Part shown: positions 16,073 to 23,350 of the stretch, piece after piece
Numbering within the stretch: the stretch's first letter is position 1
Layout of the letters: each line of letters starts with the position of its first letter
From: Ruminococcus albus 7 = DSM 20455
GTDB taxonomy: Bacteria; Bacillota; Clostridia; Oscillospirales; Ruminococcaceae
Length of the DNA stretch: 32,000 bases
Direction of reading: 5' to 3'
Assembly (NCBI RefSeq): GCF_000179635.2
Contig: NC_014824.1
Span: forward strand, 300,001 to 332,000
The notes under the pieces: generated by a model
What the model was told of the DNA's origin: nothing
What the model saw: the letters and a program-made list of their open reading frames with translations, nothing else
The model's database searches: none
Translations under genes and position numbers: made by a program

Positions 16073-17434
16073 ATGACTAAAGTAGTAAAATTAGCGTTAA
16101 TAAGCAATGTAACCGATAAAGATGGAAACAAAGTTGAATACAATGAATTAAACAGATGCCTATGGGATCTTCAAAAAGAAACCAGGGACCTGAAAAATGC
16201 TGTAGTAAGAGAATGCTGGGAATGGTACGGATTCACCAACGATTATTATAAACTTAACGAAGAATATCCGAATGAAAGAGATTATCTGAAAAAGGCAAAG
16301 TCTGACGGAACGATTAAAGATTATGCTTTGGATGGATTTATATATGCTAAATACAGCAAAAAATACAATCTTCATTCAGGAAACTATTCACAAACATTAA
16401 GAGACGCCTGCGGAAGCTTTAAAAATAATCTCAAAGAAATATTAAGAGGAGATAAGAGCATTTTAAGTTATAGAGCCGATCAGCCTCTGGATATCAAGAA
16501 GACCTGTATCGGACTGGAATACGATAAGGACACAAACACTTATTATGTAACTCTTGTTCTGCTAAACAAAAATGGCGTCAAGCATTATAATATCAGTGAT
16601 TTCAGATTTAAGATAACCGTAAAGGATAATTCAACAAGAACGATCCTTGAACGTTGTTTTGATGGAGTATACGGCATAAGCGCAAGTAAGCTTATCTGGA
16701 ACAGAAAGAAGAGTCAGTGGTTTTTAAATCTCTGCTATTCATTCGATAAAGTAGAGGTAAAGGAACTTGACAAGAAAAAGATACTGGGAGTAAATCTCGG
16801 TGTTTACTACCCTTTATACGCTTCAATATCCGGAGAAAAGGATAGACTAGCGATCTCTGGTGATGAAATAATCGAATTCAGGAAACGAATAGAGGCTAGA
16901 AGGACAGCTCTGAAGAAACAGGCTGCTGTGTGCGGAGATGGAAGGATAGGTCATGGTTATAAAACCAGGATGAAACCATTACAGAATGTCTCTGATAAGA
17001 TAGCAAATTTCAGAGATACCTTTAATCACAAAGCAAGTAAAAAGCTAATTGATTTTGCAATCAAAAATGATTGTGGGATCATCCAGCTCGAAAATCTTAA
17101 AGGAGTAACAAAAAATTCAGAAGGATTCCTCAAAAACTGGTCTTTTTATGATCTTCAGAGTAAGATCGAAAATAAGGCGAAAGAAAGAGGGATAAAAGTT
17201 GTTTATATTGAACCTGCTTACACAAGCCTGAGATGCTCAAAATGCGGATGTATACACAAAGATAATCATCCGACCAGAGAGCAGTTTATCTGTCAAGAGT
17301 GTGGGTATAGGGTTCTGCATGATTACAATGCCAGCCAGAACATTGCTGTCAAGGATATAGACAAGATAATAAAAGCTGAACTTGAAAAGACGGAACCGGA
17401 AAAGAAAACAGAGGAAGAAAAGCCCGAGAAGTAA
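16073..17434 (+). CDS. miniature Cas12f/TnpB-like RuvC protein (453 aa) with Asn at the RuvC-I catalytic position
   Basis: RBS tAAGGAGtaataaaaATG. RuvC-I context KKILGVNLGVYYP (N241, AAT 16793-16795, where the family has GxDxG). RuvC-II IIQLENLKG (E340). Zinc finger CSKCG...CQECG. RuvC-III HDYNASQNIA (D417). GDGRIGHGYKTRMKPL resembles the Gly/Arg/Lys-rich linker I recall from Cas12f. Confidence 0.8.
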   Translation: MTKVVKLALISNVTDKDGNKVEYNELNRCLWDLQKETRDLKNAVVRECWEWYGFTNDYYKLNEEYPNERDYLKKAKSDGTIKDYALDGFIYAKYSKKYNLHSGNYSQTLRDACGSFKNNLKEILRGDKSILSYRADQPLDIKKTCIGLEYDKDTNTYYVTLVLLNKNGVKHYNISDFRFKITVKDNSTRTILERCFDGVYGISASKLIWNRKKSQWFLNLCYSFDKVEVKELDKKKILGVNLGVYYPLYASISGEKDRLAISGDEIIEFRKRIEARRTALKKQAAVCGDGRIGHGYKTRMKPLQNVSDKIANFRDTFNHKASKKLIDFAIKNDCGIIQLENLKGVTKNSEGFLKNWSFYDLQSKIENKAKERGIKVVYIEPAYTSLRCSKCGCIHKDNHPTREQFICQECGYRVLHDYNASQNIAVKDIDKIIKAELEKTEPEKKTEEEKPEK

Positions 17435-17468
17435 GTTCATGTAAAATAATGTGATGATAATATTTTTA

Positions 17469-17589
17469 GGGCGACTTAACGTCCTAAAATCGAGGCGATT
17501 AATCCTGATTGCTGACTAAAGGCTGGCAGGCAATAAAGCTGCGTTATCCGTTGTATGCAGAAGAATAAAAACGATCACAAAATTAATCT
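17469..17589 (+). ncRNA. partial or diverged scaffold copy D plus repeat-like remnant, 3' of the effector gene
   Basis: GGGCGacttaaCGTCCTAAAATCGAGG starts 35 nt after the stop codon, preceded by TGATGATAAT (-10-like). Contains GGCAGGCAATAAAGCTGCG, which resembles repeat 1 (GGCAGGTAAATTGCGAG). Ends with AAAACGATCACAAAATTAATCT, shared with the trailer of array 2. Confidence 0.4.
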
Positions 17590-17597
17590 GAGAAAAA

Positions 17598-17626
17598 GGC
17601 TTTGTTTTAGTGACAGAGCCTTTTTT
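17598..17626 (+). terminator. intrinsic terminator
   Basis: GGCTTTGttttagtgaCAGAGCC followed by TTTTTT. Confidence 0.7.
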
Positions 17627-17641
17627 GGCAGCTGTATGTTT

Positions 17642-17659
17642 TGTGTCACGCGTGACACA
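17642..17659. repeat. palindrome family copy P4 (perfect TGTGTCACGCGTGACACA)
   Basis: Perfect 18 bp palindrome, 20 bp with the flanking T/A. Lies 33 nt upstream of TATAAT 17692-17697. Confidence 0.85.
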
Positions 17660-17713
17660 AGCGAAAGATATTATCGATTTCACTTTTCTTGTATAATAAC
17701 AACATAGATGTTA

Positions 17714-17745
17714 TTGATAACTGGCGAAGATAAATAAGTTATCGA
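17714..17745 (+). promoter_or_regulatory. leader hairpin instance 8
   Basis: ttGATAACTggcgaagataaataAGTTATCga. Perfect 7 bp stem; loop is a variant (GGCGAAGATAAA). Confidence 0.5.
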
Positions 17746-17780
17746 AGACACTAAATGATTATTATATGGAGGAATTCAAA

Positions 17781-18581
17781 ATGAAAGAATTTAAAAATGC
17801 AAACAATGGAACATCTGAGAAAAACAACATAAACGGCACTATCATTTCAGATATAATTGTAACTATCTTTTCAAGCAAGAAGGAGAATAGTTCGTTAAAT
17901 CAAGAAATGATAAAAAGGAGAGCGGAGATAATTGAAGATATCGGTATTCACAGTAAGCCTTCAGGAGGAGATAACTTCTGGCTTTTCTATGAAAATTATA
18001 TTTTTTCAAAGAAAGAACACGACAAAATAAAGGCTATAGTAGATAAGTACTCATCTGAACATTATTTTAATGAACTGGTGCATATAGATATGAACTGTCT
18101 TTATGATTATACCGAAAGTGGCACTATCACTCTGAGTACAAGAGTCAGAATATCTGATCTGTGCTATGATATGGATACCTGGTGTGCAGGAAGTCTTGAA
18201 AACGTTCTTCCGGGAACATATAACTGTTTTGTTCAGAAAACAGGAGAGGGAAGAGTTGCAGGGATCAAAATAGTTCACGAAGAATACGATCCTGAAGAAT
18301 ATGAACCTGATGAACTTCAGGATATTGACGTAGGAGTGGATTCGGGTGAATGTGGAATTTACGATGAAGAATATTTCGCAAAAAACTGTAAGGACCAAGA
18401 CTGGTATGAATCCACATACGTGCTGAGAGATGGAATGCCTCTAGATGATAAAGCATTTATAAGCAGTTCTGGATACGGCGATGGAAGTTACGAATGCTTT
18501 GTTGCAAGAAATACCGAAGGAAAGATCGTAGCTATAAAGATATTATTCATTGACTTTGAGAACGATGAGGAGGAAGAATGA
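17781..18581 (+). CDS. hypothetical protein, DUF4241-like C-terminal half (tentative)
   Basis: ATG at 17781 after GGAGGaattcaaa. Contains DVGVDSGECGIYDEEYF and SSSGYGDGSYECFV, motifs I associate with DUF4241. Confidence 0.6.
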   Translation: MKEFKNANNGTSEKNNINGTIISDIIVTIFSSKKENSSLNQEMIKRRAEIIEDIGIHSKPSGGDNFWLFYENYIFSKKEHDKIKAIVDKYSSEHYFNELVHIDMNCLYDYTESGTITLSTRVRISDLCYDMDTWCAGSLENVLPGTYNCFVQKTGEGRVAGIKIVHEEYDPEEYEPDELQDIDVGVDSGECGIYDEEYFAKNCKDQDWYESTYVLRDGMPLDDKAFISSSGYGDGSYECFVARNTEGKIVAIKILFIDFENDEEEE

Positions 18582-19054
18582 TGATCTATAAGGAAGAAGT
18601 AAGGGACTTATTTACAACTTCAGATGATTACATCCTCGTCCATTGCATAAGTTCTGACTTTGCTTTGGGCGCAGGGATCGCAAAGAAATTCGCTCAGATG
18701 GGCGTGAAAGAAAAACTTGTGAAAAACTATCCGAAGAACTGGGAAGGTCATGGATATATGATACCTGTCGGTCTTAAGGATAAAATGGTAGCAAATCTCA
18801 TCACTAAAGAAAAGTATTGGATGAAACCCACCTATGATACACTCAGGGAAAGTCTTGAGAATTTAAAGAATTGGGTGATTGATGAAAATTATTTGCCTTG
18901 GGGAGATATACGGCCTATAGGAATTCAACGGAAGTTGGCTATGCCACTAATCGGCTGCGGATTGGATAAACTAAAATGGGATAATGTCAGACAGATCATA
19001 AAAGAAGTATTTGAGAACACTGATATAGAGATCCTTGTTTGTCTGTACAAATAG
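18578..19054 (+). CDS. macrodomain protein, TARG1/OARD1- and DarG-like ADP-ribose hydrolase fold
   Basis: HCISSDFALGAGIAKKF, LITKEKYWMKPTYDTLRESLENLK and MPLIGCGLDKLKWDNVRQIIKEVF match, block for block, the human TARG1 sequence as I recall it, including the catalytic Lys and Asp positions. ATGA overlap with the upstream gene. Confidence 0.75.
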   Translation: MMIYKEEVRDLFTTSDDYILVHCISSDFALGAGIAKKFAQMGVKEKLVKNYPKNWEGHGYMIPVGLKDKMVANLITKEKYWMKPTYDTLRESLENLKNWVIDENYLPWGDIRPIGIQRKLAMPLIGCGLDKLKWDNVRQIIKEVFENTDIEILVCLYK

Positions 19055-19117
19055 TCGCTTAAATTTCCTTAAGAACAAACAATAAATATGCTATAGAAAT
19101 GTATGGAGAAGTTCATT

Positions 19118-19246
19118 ATGAAAGAATTTAATGTAACAATTATCGAAACGCTTAAAAGGACTGTAACAGTTGAAGCTGAGGACTTATCAGGAGTTGAGTT
19201 TGAGACTCAGGAAGATAATACTGAAGCAGAAATAGAAACCGGATAA
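19118..19246 (+). CDS. small hypothetical protein (42 aa)
   Basis: ATG at 19118 after GGAGAagttcatt: MKEFNVTIIETLKRTVTVEAEDLSGVEFETQEDNTEAEIETG. Below the ORF-track size cutoff. Possibly a shortened DpnD/PcfM-like protein. Confidence 0.4.
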   Translation: MKEFNVTIIETLKRTVTVEAEDLSGVEFETQEDNTEAEIETG

Positions 19247-19280
19247 GGTGCGCAAACTGATAGCTTATAGAAACAGTGTG

Positions 19281-19310
19281 GCGTCTCTCTTTTGTGGGGA
19301 GACGCTTTTT
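19281..19310 (+). terminator. intrinsic terminator, conserved family
   Basis: GCGTCTCTCttttgtgGGGAGACGC followed by TTTTT. Confidence 0.75.
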
Positions 19311-19315
19311 ATGTT

Positions 19316-19333
19316 TGTGTCACACGTGACACA
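19316..19333. repeat. palindrome family copy P5 (TGTGTCACACGTGACACA)
   Basis: One central substitution; directly after the terminator. Confidence 0.8.
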
Positions 19334-19438
19334 TTATAACTGCTGCAACGAGGAAAAATAATTAAAGGTATTAGAAATGCAGCGACAGGGCCTTTTTGTC
19401 GTATTAAGTTTTCGTATATAATATAGATAGAATGCATT

Positions 19439-19470
19439 ATCGATAATCTGGGGTCAGACAGGTTATAGAT
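19439..19470 (+). promoter_or_regulatory. conserved 5' leader hairpin (instance 9)
   Basis: atcgataatCTGGGGTCAGACAggttatagat after TATAAT (19417-19422). Confidence 0.55.
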
Positions 19471-19522
19471 GCTAAAATTATAGATATAAACGTAAAAATA
19501 GCAGAAAAAAAAGGGTGATATT

Positions 19523-19729
19523 ATGATATACTATTGGGTAGCAGTAAACCGCAATTGCAAATTGGCAGGTGGAGTAAGAAACATAATTAAATCGGAAACG
19601 AACAAAGAAGAAGTACTAAAGAAAGATTATTATGAGGACTATAATAAATATCCAGGTGATCACTTCGTGCTTTTTAATACACTTAGGAAAGCACAGGAAT
19701 ATGCAGATAAGCTATCAGAAGAAAGCTAA
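19523..19729 (+). CDS. hypothetical protein (68 aa)
   Basis: ORF track; purine-rich aaaaGGGTGatattATG. Confidence 0.6.
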   Translation: MIYYWVAVNRNCKLAGGVRNIIKSETNKEEVLKKDYYEDYNKYPGDHFVLFNTLRKAQEYADKLSEES

Positions 19730-19964
19730 TGGAGAAACAGACAAGAAGAACTTAACAGAATTAGAAAAACTAAAAAGAAAAGACAATGATCTCTATTTCA
19801 GTAACGGAAAACCGAAAAAAATGCACATGATGTGCCGTGATCCTTCCTATATCAGAGAAATAATTCACATTAATGGAAGGTATATTTTGGATTGGTGCTG
19901 TGCCGGAGGCAGGTGTCCTTTCTATTCTACGGGCTGCGATGACAAAGGCAGAGAATGGGAGTAA
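19701..19964 (+). CDS. hypothetical Cys-rich protein; start uncertain
   Basis: ORF open from 19632. ATG at 19701 is the candidate start but has a weak RBS. C-terminal part contains CC...C...C. Confidence 0.4.
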   Translation: MQISYQKKANGETDKKNLTELEKLKRKDNDLYFSNGKPKKMHMMCRDPSYIREIIHINGRYILDWCCAGGRCPFYSTGCDDKGREWE

Positions 19965-20260
19965 TAATTGTGGATATACTTAAGATAATTGGTACAACAG
20001 AAGACGAGTTGGAAATGGCAATGGCTCTTTCAGTAGTGAATCAGTATCTTGCTAACGAAACAGAGCAGGGTACAAAGGTCGGATTCGAGTATAACGGACA
20101 GTTTATCAGTAATATTTTTTTTGATGAAACAGGTAGAACAGACCTTTCCTTAGAAGAAGCTGTATCGAAGTACGGAATAAAGGAAGTTAAAAAGTTCTAT
20201 CATGATGTTCTGAATGATTATGATGTATGGCTGGAAGCTGAAAGACAAGCTCTAGATTAA
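19955..20260 (+). CDS. hypothetical protein (101 aa)
   Basis: ORF track; overlaps the upstream ORF by 10 nt. Confidence 0.55.
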   Translation: MGVIIVDILKIIGTTEDELEMAMALSVVNQYLANETEQGTKVGFEYNGQFISNIFFDETGRTDLSLEEAVSKYGIKEVKKFYHDVLNDYDVWLEAERQALD

Positions 20261-20284
20261 ACAAAATTACAAGAAGAATATACT

Positions 20285-20419
20285 ATGGCAAATTATAATT
20301 TCAGGCTGCTTAATGATTGTTCATCGGGTGAGTATGAGTTAAACGAGACAGGTGCTTGGATCAATGAAGCAAGCGGCAGTAAAGACTGGGACGGCTATAT
20401 TTGCGAAGTGCTTATATAA
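20285..20419 (+). CDS. small hypothetical protein (44 aa)
   Basis: ATG at 20285, TAA at 20417-20419: MANYNFRLLNDCSSGEYELNETGAWINEASGSKDWDGYICEVLI. Fills an otherwise empty gap in the operon. Confidence 0.4.
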   Translation: MANYNFRLLNDCSSGEYELNETGAWINEASGSKDWDGYICEVLI

Positions 20420-20467
20420 TAAATGCAAGCTCAAAACACTATATGAGACAATACAGAGGGATCAATC

Positions 20468-20788
20468 ATGGCAGAAGCAGAACGTAACATACTTGTTATA
20501 ATAAGAGGCATACCAAGTGTGCATCTTAAAGGTCATGTATCTCGACACTTCATTATAGGTGGGATGCGTTATGAGTATACGACCGGGACACAGGAATGCT
20601 CTGAAGAAGAGTTTATTGCTGCTTGTGAATCTAAAGGCTGGAAATGTATGATAGAAAATAACATCATCTACATTCAAGGAAAACACCATAAGGTGTTCAT
20701 TGAACCTGAAGGAATGGTATTCATTGATGGCTATCCTTATTCTATAGAAGATCAGATATACGAACAAAACAAAAAATTTAGGTATTAA
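20468..20788 (+). CDS. hypothetical protein (106 aa)
   Basis: ORF track; acAGAGGGatcaatcATG. Confidence 0.6.
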   Translation: MAEAERNILVIIRGIPSVHLKGHVSRHFIIGGMRYEYTTGTQECSEEEFIAACESKGWKCMIENNIIYIQGKHHKVFIEPEGMVFIDGYPYSIEDQIYEQNKKFRY

Positions 20789-20801
20789 ATAAGGAGTAAT
20801 T

Positions 20802-20996
20802 ATGCTGGATAAAAAGACAGAAGATAAAATAGAAACTCATCTTTTGAGTGCCGCAAAACTGCTCAGGAAGTTACAATTTGATGACTGGGCTTCCGATTTA
20901 GAAGCAGCTTCACACGCAATTCAGAAGGATTTTGAGGAAGAAGATAACGAATATACAAGAAAATTCGGCTTCAGTCACAGGGAAGTCGAATTATAG
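20802..20996 (+). CDS. hypothetical protein (64 aa)
   Basis: RBS tAAGGAGtaattATG. Confidence 0.65.
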   Translation: MLDKKTEDKIETHLLSAAKLLRKLQFDDWASDLEAASHAIQKDFEEEDNEYTRKFGFSHREVEL

Positions 20997-21018
20997 GTCA
21001 ATATCCATATTAGTTAAG

Positions 21019-21049
21019 AAACGTCTCTCCTCGGAGGGGCGTTTCTTTT
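21019..21049 (+). terminator. intrinsic terminator, conserved family
   Basis: AAACGTCTCTCctcgGAGGGGCGTTTCTTTT. Confidence 0.75.
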
Positions 21050-21129
21050 ATACTATGGAATATGCATTGGCAGGAAAAAAACGATTATATAATCTGTTGT
21101 TTTCTGCTATAATCAATAAAGAAACATCA

Positions 21130-21160
21130 TTGATAGCCTGGAGGTCAGACGGGTTGTTTA
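21130..21160 (+). promoter_or_regulatory. conserved 5' leader hairpin (instance 10)
   Basis: ttgatagccTGGAGGTCAGACgggttgttta, 16 nt after TATAAT (21108-21113). Stem ATAGCC/GGTTGT differs compensatorily from ATAGCTT/AAGTTGT at 7470. Confidence 0.6.
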
Positions 21161-21208
21161 CTATTTTGAATTGTCAAATACAATATATAGAAATCGGAGG
21201 AATTACAA

Positions 21209-21727
21209 ATGTCAACTAAAATATATAACGGATTTCGTATGAGGGAATTATCCTCAAATGAACTTATTGTTTTCATCAATGAATTAAGAGAAAAGATCTC
21301 ACCTACAGTCCATAACGCTTTTTGCATTGGTATTATACAAATAGCATCAAAAATAATTACTAAGTGCATAGAATACAACTTTGACTTTGAAGGAACTCCC
21401 GAAAAGGCGGAAAATGTAGAAAAATTCCTGAGAAGTTACTATCTTGCAAGTCTGACAACGACAACAATGGCTCAGAGAGCTCTTGGTAAGATGGATAAGG
21501 TGATCGATGATCTGGAATGGCCTTTTATCGGTGGCGTTATAAACATGGCTATTAATATTTACAAAAATGATACTATGAACGAAAACAAACAGTCTTGCTA
21601 CAATGACGTCAGAAGTAGTATTGCGCTACTTCAGGGCAGCAAAGAAAAGACTTTATTCATGACGTTCGGAAATGTTTTCACAGACTGTATGTACGAACTT
21701 ATAAAAAAGAACGATGAGCTCGTGTGA
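21209..21727 (+). pseudogene. 5' fragment of a hypothetical gene split by the TnpB element
   Basis: RBS atcGGAGGaattacaaATG. The frame stops inside the IS end hairpin. The frame resumes at about 23622 and runs to 24176. Confidence 0.6.
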
Positions 21728-21831
21728 AGCCTCACACGACTAAAGTCGCGTGCTTCCTATAGTATCCTTACGGACACGCCCACTTTAGGCAGGCGGACTA
21801 CGTTTCTACCATACAGCCTGAACTCAGAAAA

Positions 21832-23157
21832 TTATGCTGTTTGAGCGATAAATTCCGCATTCAGGTTAACTAAGGTAGAGAACGTGCAGGTGCTTCTCTT
21901 ACTGCATTGAGGTACTTTAGCCTCAATGAGCAACCTTGAATTCTCATCCAAGGATTTTAATATTTCACGTATGAAGTATCTTGCCCCTATATTATACGAA
22001 GCAGATAGATCGCAGTTGTAGGTCTTGCCATTTTGAAATTTGCATAGCTCATAGGTATTGAAACCACCGAATTTACCACGAAGTACAAAACCACTGCCAT
22101 CGTATGCAAGGCGTGACGTATTCCATGCACAGATATGGCTTACTCTCATACCTAGTCTGTGAGCTTTATTCGTTACAATAGACTGAACTTCCTGACTGCG
22201 CCACAGCTTGAGCTTCTGCTTTTTAGAACCGCGGACCTTACCGTTCTTGTCTAAATGCTCAAATACAATAACATCTGCATTATAAAGAACGGCTATATCT
22301 ACGATGCAGGCAGCAGTTTTAGTGGCAATGTCGTGATTGATTCCTTTGGCTTTTGCCCAAAGCCTTGGTGTTTTATAGTTACCATGCTGCTGAGCTTTTT
22401 TTATACGGTTAATGCTATGCATCAGATGGTCTGTTTCTTTGGTAAGCTTACAAAAATGCCTTCCAAGAATAGTGCCATCTGAACGCATTACGGAAACCGT
22501 AGCTGCGGTGTTGATCCCAAGGTCTACAGCAACAATGGTCTGCTCATACACAGATATATCTGCCAGTTTGACCTTTTCCTCAAACGGAAAGTCCAAAAAC
22601 CACTTCTTGCCTCGTTTTTGAAGTGTTGGAGCGCATTCCTTGCGAAACCTGCAATATCTGTATATATAATCCATATCAGACTTTTTAAGGTTTATAGTTA
22701 TCCAGTCCCATGTATTACGGATATAGACTTTGATCTGGGCAGTATAATCACCGGTCTGATTGTACATTACTGTACGATACATAGACGGGAATGAATAACC
22801 TGCTTTTGGATACGATGGTTCTCTGCCTACAGAATCTTTGATCCAGTTATCGAAATTGCTTTTGTAAGATGATACCTTGCCTATAGCCTCGTTAATAGCA
22901 CCACGGCGCAGATAGCTTGGCATCTTATAGAATTTGGCATCAAAATCATAAATTGGATCGGGATTATCTTTTGTAGCATGGATCAGTGTTTCAATATATG
23001 TGAGTCTACTCACCCCTTTGAATGTAACAATGTTATCCCAATGATCCAGACAAACGCTGATAAGGTAATCTACAGCATGTCTGTATTCGATAACGGTATC
23101 TTTGAAAATGTTGTTGTAATGCTTGATCTTAACGCTGTATGTCGTATATATCTGCAT
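21832..23157 (-). CDS. tnpB: TnpB-like RNA-guided endonuclease (441 aa), RuvC triad intact
   Basis: RBS AAGGAGGG upstream. RuvC-I IVAVDLGINTAA, RuvC-II VIVFEHLD, RuvC-III YNCDLSASYNIGARY. AWNTSRLAYDGSG replaces the usual CxxC zinc finger. Confidence 0.8.
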   Translation of the reverse strand: MQIYTTYSVKIKHYNNIFKDTVIEYRHAVDYLISVCLDHWDNIVTFKGVSRLTYIETLIHATKDNPDPIYDFDAKFYKMPSYLRRGAINEAIGKVSSYKSNFDNWIKDSVGREPSYPKAGYSFPSMYRTVMYNQTGDYTAQIKVYIRNTWDWITINLKKSDMDYIYRYCRFRKECAPTLQKRGKKWFLDFPFEEKVKLADISVYEQTIVAVDLGINTAATVSVMRSDGTILGRHFCKLTKETDHLMHSINRIKKAQQHGNYKTPRLWAKAKGINHDIATKTAACIVDIAVLYNADVIVFEHLDKNGKVRGSKKQKLKLWRSQEVQSIVTNKAHRLGMRVSHICAWNTSRLAYDGSGFVLRGKFGGFNTYELCKFQNGKTYNCDLSASYNIGARYFIREILKSLDENSRLLIEAKVPQCSKRSTCTFSTLVNLNAEFIAQTA

Positions 23158-23332
23158 ACTGCAGACTCCCTCCTTATACTTGTTTTTTTGAGAATTAATG
23201 TAATCTGTTACATGTTTATGTTTAAGACTTCTGTCGCTTACAGTTGCTACAAAATACGATGGATTCCATATATATTATAGCAGATTTATTTAAGAATAAA
23301 AAATTATATATACTTAAAAGTTGTTCTGTGTT

Positions 23333-23350
23333 TGTGTCACGCGTGACACA
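23333..23350. repeat. palindrome family copy P6 (perfect; part of a ~33 bp extended palindrome) inside the TnpB element
   Basis: TTCTGTgTTTGTGTCACGCGTGACACAAACAGAA. Confidence 0.85.

Noticed and set aside
20932-21219. 95 aa + strand ORF bridging two operons.
   Set aside because: It runs through the terminator (21019-21049), the promoter (21108-21113) and the leader hairpin (21130-21160). It overlaps the end of 20802-20996 in another frame.
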